DNA of 64,000 nucleotides from Bacteroidales bacterium (GTDB lineage Bacteria; Bacteroidota; Bacteroidia; Bacteroidales; UBA932). A model generated the notes under the pieces. It was not told the DNA's origin and did not search any database. It worked only from the letters and a program-made list of their open reading frames with translations. Below, piece by piece: positions 1-8,414 of this stretch; position 1 is the stretch's first letter; each line of letters starts with the position of its first letter. The position numbers and the translations under genes were made by a program. The stretch is from positions 4,862 through 68,861 of the forward strand of contig JAFSTD010000005.1 of assembly GCA_017450655.1 (NCBI GenBank). Reading direction: 5' to 3'.

Positions 1-1703
1 GAAGCGACAATCTTAAGAGGCTCATTGCCTTCTACTGCAACAGTCCACTTGACAGTACTTCTGTTATTTCCTGAGAATCCCGGAATAGTACCGGTACCAT
101 AGAGGTTGCCGAGTTTCTCGTTGGCGTTGCTTGACAGGATAGTAATCTTGTTGTTTGCACCGATAAGCCAAGCTACATCACCGCGGCAAAGAGCTACTCC
201 GTCAGTGCCCTGAGGGCTTGTTGGGAGGAAACCTTTGTTTACTATATCGGCAGTTACGCTGAGAACTCTGGTATTGCCCACTCTTGAGATTGTCTCAACT
301 TTGACATTCTCTATGGCCATTTCAGGCATAAGGCTCATGCAGTAAGTGTCGAATGCGAATTGACGTTCGCAGATATTGAGAACGTTTTCGCCAGGATAAG
401 CGTTGTTGTTAGCCAAAGCCACCCAACCGCCTACTTCACAGTCTCCGTAAGTAGGGTGTTTTGCTTTAGTCCAGTCCAGGTACATTCCTTTGCTCTTTGC
501 ATAGTTGATAAGAGCGTTTTGATAGTCATTTCCTGAGAGACCTTTCAGAGAAGGAATCTCCTGTGAAGGGTTCCAAAGCTCTGTAACCATTGAATAGATA
601 CCGTTCTGAACGTAGAGCCAATCAAGGAACAGTCCATAGTAAGGACCGTCTGCAAAAGAGCCTTTCCATACATTCTCAAGCTTTTCAGCTCCGAAGAGTT
701 CCTGATATTTTTTACCGAGAATCTGGTCATAAACTGCGAGGTCGCGAGGTTTGACAGATTGATCCGAAGCAGAACCCAGCGGACGATATACGTGACCGCC
801 CTGAGTGTGGTACTCATTAACCATGAAGATGTTAGGGTGTGATACGATGAATTCGCACATCACCTGTGTCTCGATAGCAGACGTAGCATAGTCACCTGAA
901 CCGGCAGGCATAAGGGTTCTTGTATTCCACCAAGCCTCAGGGAAGTTACGGTTAAGGTCGATACCTGCATCAGGAAGCGCCTCGATTGTAACTGAATACC
1001 TCTGGTCAGCAGGAACTGTCTCATTACGTCCGATGCGAACCATCCTGAGCGGATTTGCAGGGTCAATCTTGTAACCTCCGTTAGGATCTTTGTAGCGAAC
1101 CTGAGAATACTTACCGTCTTTGTTAACGTCTTGACGGAAAGGAGTTCCCACTTGATTCATTGAGTTAACACGCTGAGGAGCGCCAAGTTGAACAGAATTG
1201 TACAGACCGTCTACGTTGATAGCCGGAATGACGTAAGCAACTTTGGTGTCAATGAAATTTGTGATGAACGGATCTGTACCGTAGCCGGAAACCATCTGGT
1301 CGATGAAGTACAAGCATACTTCGTTACCTGTAACCTCGTTTCCGTGAGTACATCCGGTGATCAGATAACCTGCCTTGCCTTGTTCAGCAGGCTGTTTCGG
1401 AGGATTTGGAACCTCCAGCTTACGTTCGTAAACCAGAGTCTTCTCAAGATCCAGAGTAGTTCCTGTCTTCTTGTTGGTGATTGCCAACACGTAGATAGGT
1501 CTGTTCTGAGTACTGCGTCCTATCTCTACCAAGTCTGTGATGTTGGGGTAAGCCTTGTTCACAGCCTTCAGATAATCAACAGTACCGGTGTAGCCGTGGT
1601 ATTTGTCAAAAGAGATAGCAACTTTTGACGCAGCATAGGTAGCGCCGCTTGTAAAAAGCAGCAGTACCATTACAACCACAATACTTCTGATTTTAAGATT
1701 CAT
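1..1703 (-). CDS. M14-family zinc carboxypeptidase, secreted; C-terminal end lies outside the window
   Basis: Absent from the ORF track because the stop is off-window. My translation from ATG 1703..1701 gives MNLKIRSIVVVMVLLLFTSGATYAAS (signal peptide) and stays open to position 1. It carries HGNE (HxxE zinc ligands), DLNRNF and YHTQGGH motifs typical of M14. Confidence 0.8.
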   Translation of the reverse strand, partial: MNLKIRSIVVVMVLLLFTSGATYAASKVAISFDKYHGYTGTVDYLKAVNKAYPNITDLVEIGRSTQNRPIYVLAITNKKTGTTLDLEKTLVYERKLEVPNPPKQPAEQGKAGYLITGCTHGNEVTGNEVCLYFIDQMVSGYGTDPFITNFIDTKVAYVIPAINVDGLYNSVQLGAPQRVNSMNQVGTPFRQDVNKDGKYSQVRYKDPNGGYKIDPANPLRMVRIGRNETVPADQRYSVTIEALPDAGIDLNRNFPEAWWNTRTLMPAGSGDYATSAIETQVMCEFIVSHPNIFMVNEYHTQGGHVYRPLGSASDQSVKPRDLAVYDQILGKKYQELFGAEKLENVWKGSFADGPYYGLFLDWLYVQNGIYSMVTELWNPSQEIPSLKGLSGNDYQNALINYAKSKGMYLDWTKAKHPTYGDCEVGGWVALANNNAYPGENVLNICERQFAFDTYCMSLMPEMAIENVKVETISRVGNTRVLSVTADIVNKGFLPTSPQGTDGVALCRGDVAWLIGANNKITILSSNANEKLGNLYGTGTIPGFSGNNRSTVKWTVAVEGNEPLKIVA

Positions 1704-1762
1704 ATAACTGTTGTTTGATTAAAGAAATTCCGTAAGAGAAAAACCTCCTAAAGTTAAAAAAA

Positions 1763-3289
1763 TCATTTTAATCTATCAAGACTTCTGAATTGAACAGCTT
1801 CGGAGATATCCGTGTAATCTATTGATTCTTTACCTTCTAGGTCTGCTATTGTTCTGGCCAATTTTAGAATTCTGCTGTACGCGCGCGCCGACAACTGCAG
1901 TCTGTCAATCAGATTCGTCAGGAAAATCCTCTCTGCAGAATCTATTCTGCAATACCTGGAAATCAGTGAAGCGGTCATCCTGGCATTAGTAAAAATGGCT
2001 TCATCCTTGAACCTTTCCTGCTGTATCTGGCGGGCTCGCATCACCCTCCTGGCTATGTCGCCACTTGATTCTTCCTTACGGTCACCGGTAAGATTCTCCG
2101 GAGATACTCTCTCTACGTAAACATGCATGTCGATTCTGTCGATAAGAGGACCGGAAAGCCTTGACAGATAATTGTTTATCATCGCCTGAGAGCAGTTGCA
2201 CCGGTTTGACTTGTCTCCGTAATAGCCGCATGGGCACGGATTCATTGAAGCCACCAGCATAAAAGAACAGGGAAATTCCGCTTTGTATCTGGCTCTTGAG
2301 ATGGTGATTCTGCCGTCTTCGAGTGGCTGGCGCAGCATATCCAAAGTGAGTTTGCTGAATTGTGCAATCTCATCCAGATAGAGAACTCCGTTATGAGCCA
2401 GAGAAATCTCTCCCGGGGAGATGTCATGACCACCACCGAGCAAAGACACTTTGCTTGCGGAATTATGCGGAGAACGGAAAGGACGCTCTTTCATCAAGCC
2501 GTAGAAGCCGATTGTTTCTCCCGATATAGAATAAATCTTGCTGGTTTCTATCGATTCTTCCCTGGTCATAGGAGGGAGAATTGATGGCATGCAACTCGCC
2601 ATCAGGCTTTTGCCGCAGCCCGGGCTGCCAATCAGAATGATATTGTGGCCGCCTGCAGCCGCGATTTCAAGTCCTCGTTTTGCCAGATACTGTCCTTTGA
2701 CATCGGCAAAATCGGCTGGTGGAAGAGATTCGGCAGTTTCACGGACGCCCTTCCTGATTACCTTCAGATGGGAAACGTCCGTTTTCCCTTGGATAATGGA
2801 GATCACATCCGCCAGATTACTGACGGCATATTTGTCAATTGTGTCAATGTCAACCGCTTCCGGGGCTGAATCAGCCGGGAATATGCACCCTTTGAAACCT
2901 TTGCCGGCTGCATGATCGGCAATCGGAAGAGTGCCTGTCACCGGTCTGATGGAGCCGTCAAGAGCCAGTTCTCCCATCATAAGATATCCGTCCAGATCCT
3001 GAGCTTCTACCTGTTCTGAAGCGCACAGCAGTGTCATCGCTATGGCCAGGTCATAGGCGCTTCCGGATTTCTTGATGTCGGCCGGGGCCAGATTGATTAC
3101 TATTTTTTTGCCCGGAATACGGAAGCCGTAGCTGCGAATCGCGGTCAAGACACGTGTCAGGCTCTCCCGCACGGCATTATCCGGAAGGCCGACAATCATT
3201 ATACCGATTCCGTTGGAGACGTCCACCTCAACGGTTATCGTCACCACTGAAAGACCAATGCAAGTGGCGGAATAAGTTTTACAAAGCAT
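1763..3289 (-). CDS. comM: YifB/ComM-family Mg-chelatase-like AAA+ ATPase
   Basis: Lon-like N-terminal domain, Walker A GSPGCGKS, Cys-rich CPCGYYG segment and ChlI-type C-terminus. Likely start is ATG 3289 (MLCKTYSATC); the 19 upstream codons of the track ORF overlap the promoter box. Confidence 0.9.
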   Translation of the reverse strand: MLCKTYSATCIGLSVVTITVEVDVSNGIGIMIVGLPDNAVRESLTRVLTAIRSYGFRIPGKKIVINLAPADIKKSGSAYDLAIAMTLLCASEQVEAQDLDGYLMMGELALDGSIRPVTGTLPIADHAAGKGFKGCIFPADSAPEAVDIDTIDKYAVSNLADVISIIQGKTDVSHLKVIRKGVRETAESLPPADFADVKGQYLAKRGLEIAAAGGHNIILIGSPGCGKSLMASCMPSILPPMTREESIETSKIYSISGETIGFYGLMKERPFRSPHNSASKVSLLGGGHDISPGEISLAHNGVLYLDEIAQFSKLTLDMLRQPLEDGRITISRARYKAEFPCSFMLVASMNPCPCGYYGDKSNRCNCSQAMINNYLSRLSGPLIDRIDMHVYVERVSPENLTGDRKEESSGDIARRVMRARQIQQERFKDEAIFTNARMTASLISRYCRIDSAERIFLTNLIDRLQLSARAYSRILKLARTIADLEGKESIDYTDISEAVQFRSLDRLK

Positions 3290-3298
3290 TTTTATTTG

Positions 3299-3306
3299 CA
3301 AAACTA
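3299..3306 (-). promoter_or_regulatory. -7 promoter box TAGTTTTG (TAnnTTTG)
   Basis: Perfect match to the Bacteroidota sigma-A -7 consensus, 9 nt upstream of the comM ATG at 3289. Confidence 0.4.
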
Positions 3307-3320
3307 TTCCCCGCGGAGAC

Positions 3321-3349
3321 AAAAGAGAAAGCGATGCAGGGGGCATCGC
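3321..3349 (-). terminator. Rho-independent terminator after the sigma/anti-sigma operon
   Basis: On the minus strand, GCGATGC-CCCCT-GCATCGC (7-bp stem) is followed by TTTCTCTTTTG, 54 nt past the stop at 3403. Confidence 0.55.
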
Positions 3350-3402
3350 TTGTTATTCTCTTATTCTAAAAATCTGTATTTTTTTTAAAAAAGGCAATCG
3401 CT

Positions 3403-4608
3403 TCAGAATGGGCGGTTTACATAGAAACGGAAACCTGCCGCCAATCCGAAACTGAACGGCTGATTGGTATGGAGACTGATCGGCTGGTTGGTATTGAAGA
3501 AGTAGTTGGCGGTAGGCTCCACGTACAGGCCGAATACTGAAACCGGTCTCCATTCTGCACCCACACCGGCATTTACAGAGAGTTGAACTCCCTGAATACC
3601 ATTCTCCTTCAATTCCTGACTGCCGTAAACATATCTCTGTTTCAAACCTTTGTCAACCGCACCGCCTGCCTTGGCGTAAACGGTGAAAGGACCGTAACGC
3701 AGGAACCTGTAGTAGGCATCCAGAGAAACTCCAAGGTAGTGGAGCTGCATAGACGTCCTCCTGTAGCCTACTTTGTTTACATAAGCATCGAAGGAGGTCT
3801 CGAGATATGAATAATTCAAACCAAGGCCGAGAGAAAAATTCTCAGTCAGGTCAACTACGCCGTTGATTCCGAAGACAATCGGCATAGAATACTGACTCTT
3901 GGAGATCTGCTCTATTGAAATGTTATTAGAACTTCTGTCGGCGAGATTGGCTGCAAACATCGGCGCAGAACTGGTCGCATCATTCGCTCCGAAATTAGGA
4001 AGCGCGCTTGCAAGAATGCCGACAGTGAAACCTCTTGCAGGGGAATCAGATTCTATCTGCTCTACCGTGCCCAAATCTCTGATATCAGGACGCTCATACT
4101 CGTAACTTCTGGTATCGGGAGCGGGAGTGACGGTAACAACCGGAGTCTGTTCAGTTTCAGTTATCGTCTCAAGCACAGCGGGAGCAACCGGAACAACCGG
4201 AGCTGCAGGCTCAGACTCTGCTGAAGGCTGAGAAACTGATGTAGCAAGAATCTCTTTGCCGGAAACGGAGATGCTTTTTATCTGCTCTTCAATCGGAAGA
4301 ACAGGTGTCTCCTCAACCGGAGCTACGACTTCCTCGACTGTAGTCTGCGGCTCAGCAGGAGCGACTGCGACTACGGCAGGTAATGAAGGCTGCTTCTCGC
4401 CTTTGTCTACGGCAAGAACAAGGCCCACGGCAAGACACGCAGCGGCCGCCAGAGATATCGCTGATACTCTGAACGCCACTTTGCGACGGTGAGCCACCAC
4501 CATTCTTTTTTCAATATCAGACCACAAACCGTCACCGACTTCAATCTGATATCCTTCCAATTTTTCCCTTATAATCCGGTCAAATCTGGAATCTGTCATA
4601 TTATTCAT
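3403..4608 (-). CDS. Anti-sigma-like membrane protein with a C-terminal outer-membrane beta-barrel (OMP_b-brl/PorT-like) domain
   Basis: About 40-aa N-terminal segment, then one TM helix (AFRVSAISLAAAACLAVGLVLAV). A P/V/A/E/T-rich linker of about 150 aa follows. The C-terminal domain has alternating beta-strand pattern and ends ...GFRFYVNRPF (terminal Phe). The ORF overlaps the ECF sigma gene by 8 nt. Confidence 0.7.
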   Translation of the reverse strand: MNNMTDSRFDRIIREKLEGYQIEVGDGLWSDIEKRMVVAHRRKVAFRVSAISLAAAACLAVGLVLAVDKGEKQPSLPAVVAVAPAEPQTTVEEVVAPVEETPVLPIEEQIKSISVSGKEILATSVSQPSAESEPAAPVVPVAPAVLETITETEQTPVVTVTPAPDTRSYEYERPDIRDLGTVEQIESDSPARGFTVGILASALPNFGANDATSSAPMFAANLADRSSNNISIEQISKSQYSMPIVFGINGVVDLTENFSLGLGLNYSYLETSFDAYVNKVGYRRTSMQLHYLGVSLDAYYRFLRYGPFTVYAKAGGAVDKGLKQRYVYGSQELKENGIQGVQLSVNAGVGAEWRPVSVFGLYVEPTANYFFNTNQPISLHTNQPFSFGLAAGFRFYVNRPF

Positions 4609-5134
4609 TACGTTTTATTCTTTCCAATAACCACGTCCTTGCCCTGCTTAACTGAGAACGGGATGTCCCCTCAGATATTTTCAACATCTTCGATATCTCG
4701 GAGTGGTCAAAACCTTCGATTACATATAAGTTGAATACGGTCCTGAAGCCTTGGGGAAGAGCATTTATCAACTTCATCAATTCTTCGACCTGAATATCTT
4801 CAATCGTGTTGCACCTTGGATTGTCAATTGTCTCGGCAAGTGCTATATCATCAGAGAATTTGAGAGCATCATTTTTTCTGAGCTGCATCAACGCCTTGTT
4901 TACGAAAATACGTCTTACCCAGCCTTCAAAAGAACCGTCTCCCTTATATGAACCTATCTTATCAAACAACGTCACAAAGCCTTCCTGAAGCACGTCTTTT
5001 GCAGTCTCAACGTCCGGGACGTACCGTCTGCAAACAGCCATCATCTTAGGTGCAAAAAACCTGTAGAGCTCTCTCTGAGCTACAGGATCATGCTTCAGAC
5101 ATCCGTCAATAACTTTTGAAAAGTCGTTATTCAC
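4601..5134 (-). CDS. ECF (sigma-70 family, group IV) RNA polymerase sigma factor
   Basis: Region 2 (AQRELYRFFAPKMMAVCRRY...DVLQEGFVTLF) and region 4 HTH (GFDHSEISKMLKISEGTSRSQLSRAR). GTG start at 5134. Confidence 0.9.
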   Translation of the reverse strand: MNNDFSKVIDGCLKHDPVAQRELYRFFAPKMMAVCRRYVPDVETAKDVLQEGFVTLFDKIGSYKGDGSFEGWVRRIFVNKALMQLRKNDALKFSDDIALAETIDNPRCNTIEDIQVEELMKLINALPQGFRTVFNLYVIEGFDHSEISKMLKISEGTSRSQLSRARTWLLERIKRNE

Positions 5135-5149
5135 ATCGGCTAATGTTAT

Positions 5150-5178
5150 GATGCAAAAAAAAGGTGTTTTGTTGCATC
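5150..5178 (-). other. Hairpin between the radA stop and the ECF sigma start
   Basis: GATGCAA(A)AAAA...TTTT(G)TTGCATC inverted repeat. There is no clean trailing U-run, so its role as terminator or stability element is uncertain. Confidence 0.35.
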
Positions 5179-5192
5179 AACGTTAAAAAAAA

Positions 5193-6572
5193 TTACTTAA
5201 AAAGCTTCCGGCAAAGCGTCGGGACATCCGGAACTGCCACTACTTCAATATTTTTCTTTGAGAATGAACTTTCCTTGTTGAAAGAGGAAACGTAGATCTT
5301 CTTGAATCCCAATTTTTCCGCTTCAGCGATTCTGCGTTCTATCTGACCTACCGGACGAATCTCCCCGCTGAGTCCAACCTCACCGGCGAAACATGTATCG
5401 AGCGGCACCGACAGGTCGAAGTTTGAAGAGAGGATGGCTACTATTACGGCAAGGTCACAGGATGGGTCGGTAATTCTCACTCCGCCGGCCACGTTCAGAA
5501 AGACGTCTTTAATTCCCAGCTTGAAGCCAGCCCTCTTTTCCAAAACGGCCAGAAGCATATTCATCTTTCGGACGTCAAAACCTGTGGCGCTCCTCTGAGG
5601 GGTGCCATAAGCTGCAGAACTTACAAGTGCCTGAATTTCAATCAAGAACGGACGCGTACCATCCATCATTGCCGAAATCGCTATTCCGCTCAGATCCCCT
5701 TTGTGCATCGGAATCAGCATTTCCGAAGGATTGCTGACTTCTTTGAGTCCTGTTCCGGTCATCTCGAACACGGCCAGTTCATCGGTAGAGCCAAACCTGT
5801 TCTTTATGCTCCTGAGAATACGATAAGAGCCCTTGGTGTCTCCTTCGAACTGCAAGACCACGTCCACGATGTGCTCCAGGACCTTCGGGCCTGCAATTGC
5901 CCCCTCCTTAGTGATATGACCTATCAGAATGACGGGGACATTGTACTCTTTGGCATACCTGAGGAGCAGATTTGCACATTCTCTTACCTGGGAAACACTT
6001 CCGGCCGAAGATTCCACATTCTCGCTGTAAATAGTCTGGATGGAATCCACAATCAACAGGTCCGGAGAGATCTCCATAGCCTGCGCGAGAATATTTTCCA
6101 ATAACGTTTCACTGAGAATGAGACAGTTGCCATCGTCTCCCCCAAGTCGGCCCGCACGCAACTTAACCTGCTTTGGACTCTCCTCACCGGATACGTACAA
6201 GGTCTTGAAGGATGCGTTGCTGAGAGGAATCTGAAGGGAAAGGGTCGATTTTCCGATCCCGGGTTCTCCGCCGATAAGCACCAGAGAGCCCTCCACAAGG
6301 CCTCCTCCGAGGATTCTGTCAACCTCGGTCATTCCGATGAGTTTGCGGTTCTCGGCGCTGACCGTGATGGATGAGAGCGGCTGAGCCTCTGTCTGAGCTG
6401 AAATTGACAGAATGGCCTTGCTTCTCGAAGATACGCTCTTTGAAGCTTTAGGGGCCTTCGGTTCTTCGACCATAGTATTCCATTCTCCGCAGGCCGGGCA
6501 CTGGCCCATCCATTTCGGACTCTCATTTCCGCAGGAAGTGCAGAACCACGCAGTTTTAATCTTATTTGACAT
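5193..6572 (-). CDS. radA: DNA repair protein RadA/Sms
   Basis: C4 zinc finger CTSCGNESPKWMGQCPACGEW, Walker A GGEPGIGKST, KNRFG motif and Lon-like C-terminal domain. ATG at 6572; the track start at 6578 is a TTG. Confidence 0.95.
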   Translation of the reverse strand: MSNKIKTAWFCTSCGNESPKWMGQCPACGEWNTMVEEPKAPKASKSVSSRSKAILSISAQTEAQPLSSITVSAENRKLIGMTEVDRILGGGLVEGSLVLIGGEPGIGKSTLSLQIPLSNASFKTLYVSGEESPKQVKLRAGRLGGDDGNCLILSETLLENILAQAMEISPDLLIVDSIQTIYSENVESSAGSVSQVRECANLLLRYAKEYNVPVILIGHITKEGAIAGPKVLEHIVDVVLQFEGDTKGSYRILRSIKNRFGSTDELAVFEMTGTGLKEVSNPSEMLIPMHKGDLSGIAISAMMDGTRPFLIEIQALVSSAAYGTPQRSATGFDVRKMNMLLAVLEKRAGFKLGIKDVFLNVAGGVRITDPSCDLAVIVAILSSNFDLSVPLDTCFAGEVGLSGEIRPVGQIERRIAEAEKLGFKKIYVSSFNKESSFSKKNIEVVAVPDVPTLCRKLFK

Positions 6573-7416
6573 AAACAAAACGGTCTCTATCGTTAAAATC
6601 CTTTATTATTTGCGCCCCTTTGAACAGAGCCGCCACTTCGCCGGCAAGATTCTCATTCACCTCCATCCAGATCATTCCGCGCTCGCTCAGAAGAGTGTCT
6701 GCCCAATTCTTTATGGCTTTATAGAACACCAAAGGGTTGTCGTCTTCTACAAACAGGGCAGATTCAGGCTCATAATTGAGCACGTTCGGTCTCATCGCCG
6801 ACTTCTCCTTCCGGAGAATGTACGGAGGGTTGCTGATTATCAAATTAAACTCAGGCAGCCCTTGGGGCGGGTTTTCCAGAACGTCAGCCTTGAAGAAGAC
6901 CGGTCTGGACGGGCACTCCTTGACTCTCTGCTTGCAGGCTATCGCCAGCGCTTCGTCGGATATATCGCATCCGTATACCTGAACTCCGGAGAATTCCGAT
7001 GCGAACGCATAAGCCAGACATCCTGAGCCGGTACACATATCCAGAATGTTGTACGATTCCGGAGAATCCTCCCGGGAGAGAATCTTGTCTACTTCATCTG
7101 CAGCCAGCCCGTACATCTGCTCGGTCTCGGGACGAGGAATCAGACATCCTTCCTTTACCTTTATTCTGAGACCTGCAAATTCTGTAAAACCGAGTACGTA
7201 CTGCAACGGACGCCCCTTCTCCAGGTCATCGGCCATAACGTCGAGTTTTGCAATCTGCTCGCCGGTAAGGGCTGTATCTCCGTGAGAATATATTCTGCTC
7301 TCATCCCAAGACAGAGCCGAGCCAACCGCACGGAAGGCTATAGCCCTTGCCTCTTCTGCAGGATACAAGGTCTCGAGACGTCTGCGAAGAGCCGAGATAT
7401 ATTCATCTACGACCAT
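6562..7416 (-). CDS. prmC: Peptide chain release factor N5-glutamine methyltransferase
   Basis: SAM motif DMCTGSGC and catalytic NPPY (IISNPPYI), with HemK-like length. Confidence 0.9.
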   Translation of the reverse strand: MVVDEYISALRRRLETLYPAEEARAIAFRAVGSALSWDESRIYSHGDTALTGEQIAKLDVMADDLEKGRPLQYVLGFTEFAGLRIKVKEGCLIPRPETEQMYGLAADEVDKILSREDSPESYNILDMCTGSGCLAYAFASEFSGVQVYGCDISDEALAIACKQRVKECPSRPVFFKADVLENPPQGLPEFNLIISNPPYILRKEKSAMRPNVLNYEPESALFVEDDNPLVFYKAIKNWADTLLSERGMIWMEVNENLAGEVAALFKGAQIIKDFNDRDRFVYVK

Positions 7417-8411
7417 TATTTGTGAAGGTTTGCCTCTATTATTCCGGTTAGAAACTCTGTCATCGACTGTCCTGAAACCGCCACCATTTTAGGAACAAGA
7501 CTCATCTTGGTCATTCCCGGAGCCGTATTGATTTCAAGGAAGAACAAACCTCTCTCATTCAAGATATAGTCTATCCTGATAAGGCCGGAGCAACCGAGGA
7601 ATCTGAAGATTTTTTCCGAAACCTCGCTTATGAGTTTCCGCTCGTTCGCGTTGATACGGGCAGGACAAACCTCATCACTCTTGCCAAGATACTTTGCCTC
7701 GTAGTCAAAGTATTCGTTGTAAGATATAATCTCGGTTATAGGAAGAGTAATCACCTGTTTTCCGTCTGTATATACACCCTGGGTCATCTCCCTGCCGGGG
7801 ACATAGGATTCTATGATAATCACGTCGCCCTCTTCGAAAGCGTACTTGATGGCGGCATCCAGATCCTGTTCAATCTTGACTTTGGTGATACCGAAACTGC
7901 TTCCTCCGTCTGCAGGTTTTACGAACAGCGGGAGACCAAGTTTCGCGATTATCTCTGAAACGTTGTAATCATCCCCTTTGCGCAACACCACCTCATCCGC
8001 CATTTGAATTCCAGCGCCTCTCAGATAGCTTTTGCAGGAGTATTTGCTGAAGGCAACCGTATTCACGAAGGAGCTGCATGATGCGCACGGCACACCGAGC
8101 ATCTCAAAATAGCCTTGCAGAAGGCCGTTCTCGCCGGGCACTCCGTGGATCATCGGGAAAGCGATGTCGAACTTGACGCCGTTGAAAGAGAAGTCTCCCT
8201 TTTCAACCGGTCCTTTTACCGTCATTTTGTCATTGTCCCATTCTACAACATTCCAGTCTGCATACCTCAGGAGAACTTCGTACACGTCGTACTTCTCTCT
8301 GTCAATCATTGATGCCGTATACCGTCCACTCAGGACAGAAATATCATATTCAGAAGAATTCCCTCCGTAAATAACTGCTACGCTTGTTTTCATATTCTCC
8401 GTATAAATCAA
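7416..8411 (-). CDS. ddl: D-alanine--D-alanine ligase
   Basis: ATP-grasp Ddl pattern (VAVIYGGNSSEYDISVLSG, FPMIHGVPGENG, LEINTAPGMT). Its stop overlaps the prmC ATG by 1 nt. Confidence 0.93.
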   Translation of the reverse strand: MIYTENMKTSVAVIYGGNSSEYDISVLSGRYTASMIDREKYDVYEVLLRYADWNVVEWDNDKMTVKGPVEKGDFSFNGVKFDIAFPMIHGVPGENGLLQGYFEMLGVPCASCSSFVNTVAFSKYSCKSYLRGAGIQMADEVVLRKGDDYNVSEIIAKLGLPLFVKPADGGSSFGITKVKIEQDLDAAIKYAFEEGDVIIIESYVPGREMTQGVYTDGKQVITLPITEIISYNEYFDYEAKYLGKSDEVCPARINANERKLISEVSEKIFRFLGCSGLIRIDYILNERGLFFLEINTAPGMTKMSLVPKMVAVSGQSMTEFLTGIIEANLHK

Positions 8412-8414
8412 TCG

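Noticed and set aside
545-1628. Three short track ORFs (545-817 minus, 860-1066 minus, 1188-1628 plus).
   Set aside because: They overlap the open M14 peptidase frame on the minus strand and have no protein-like features.
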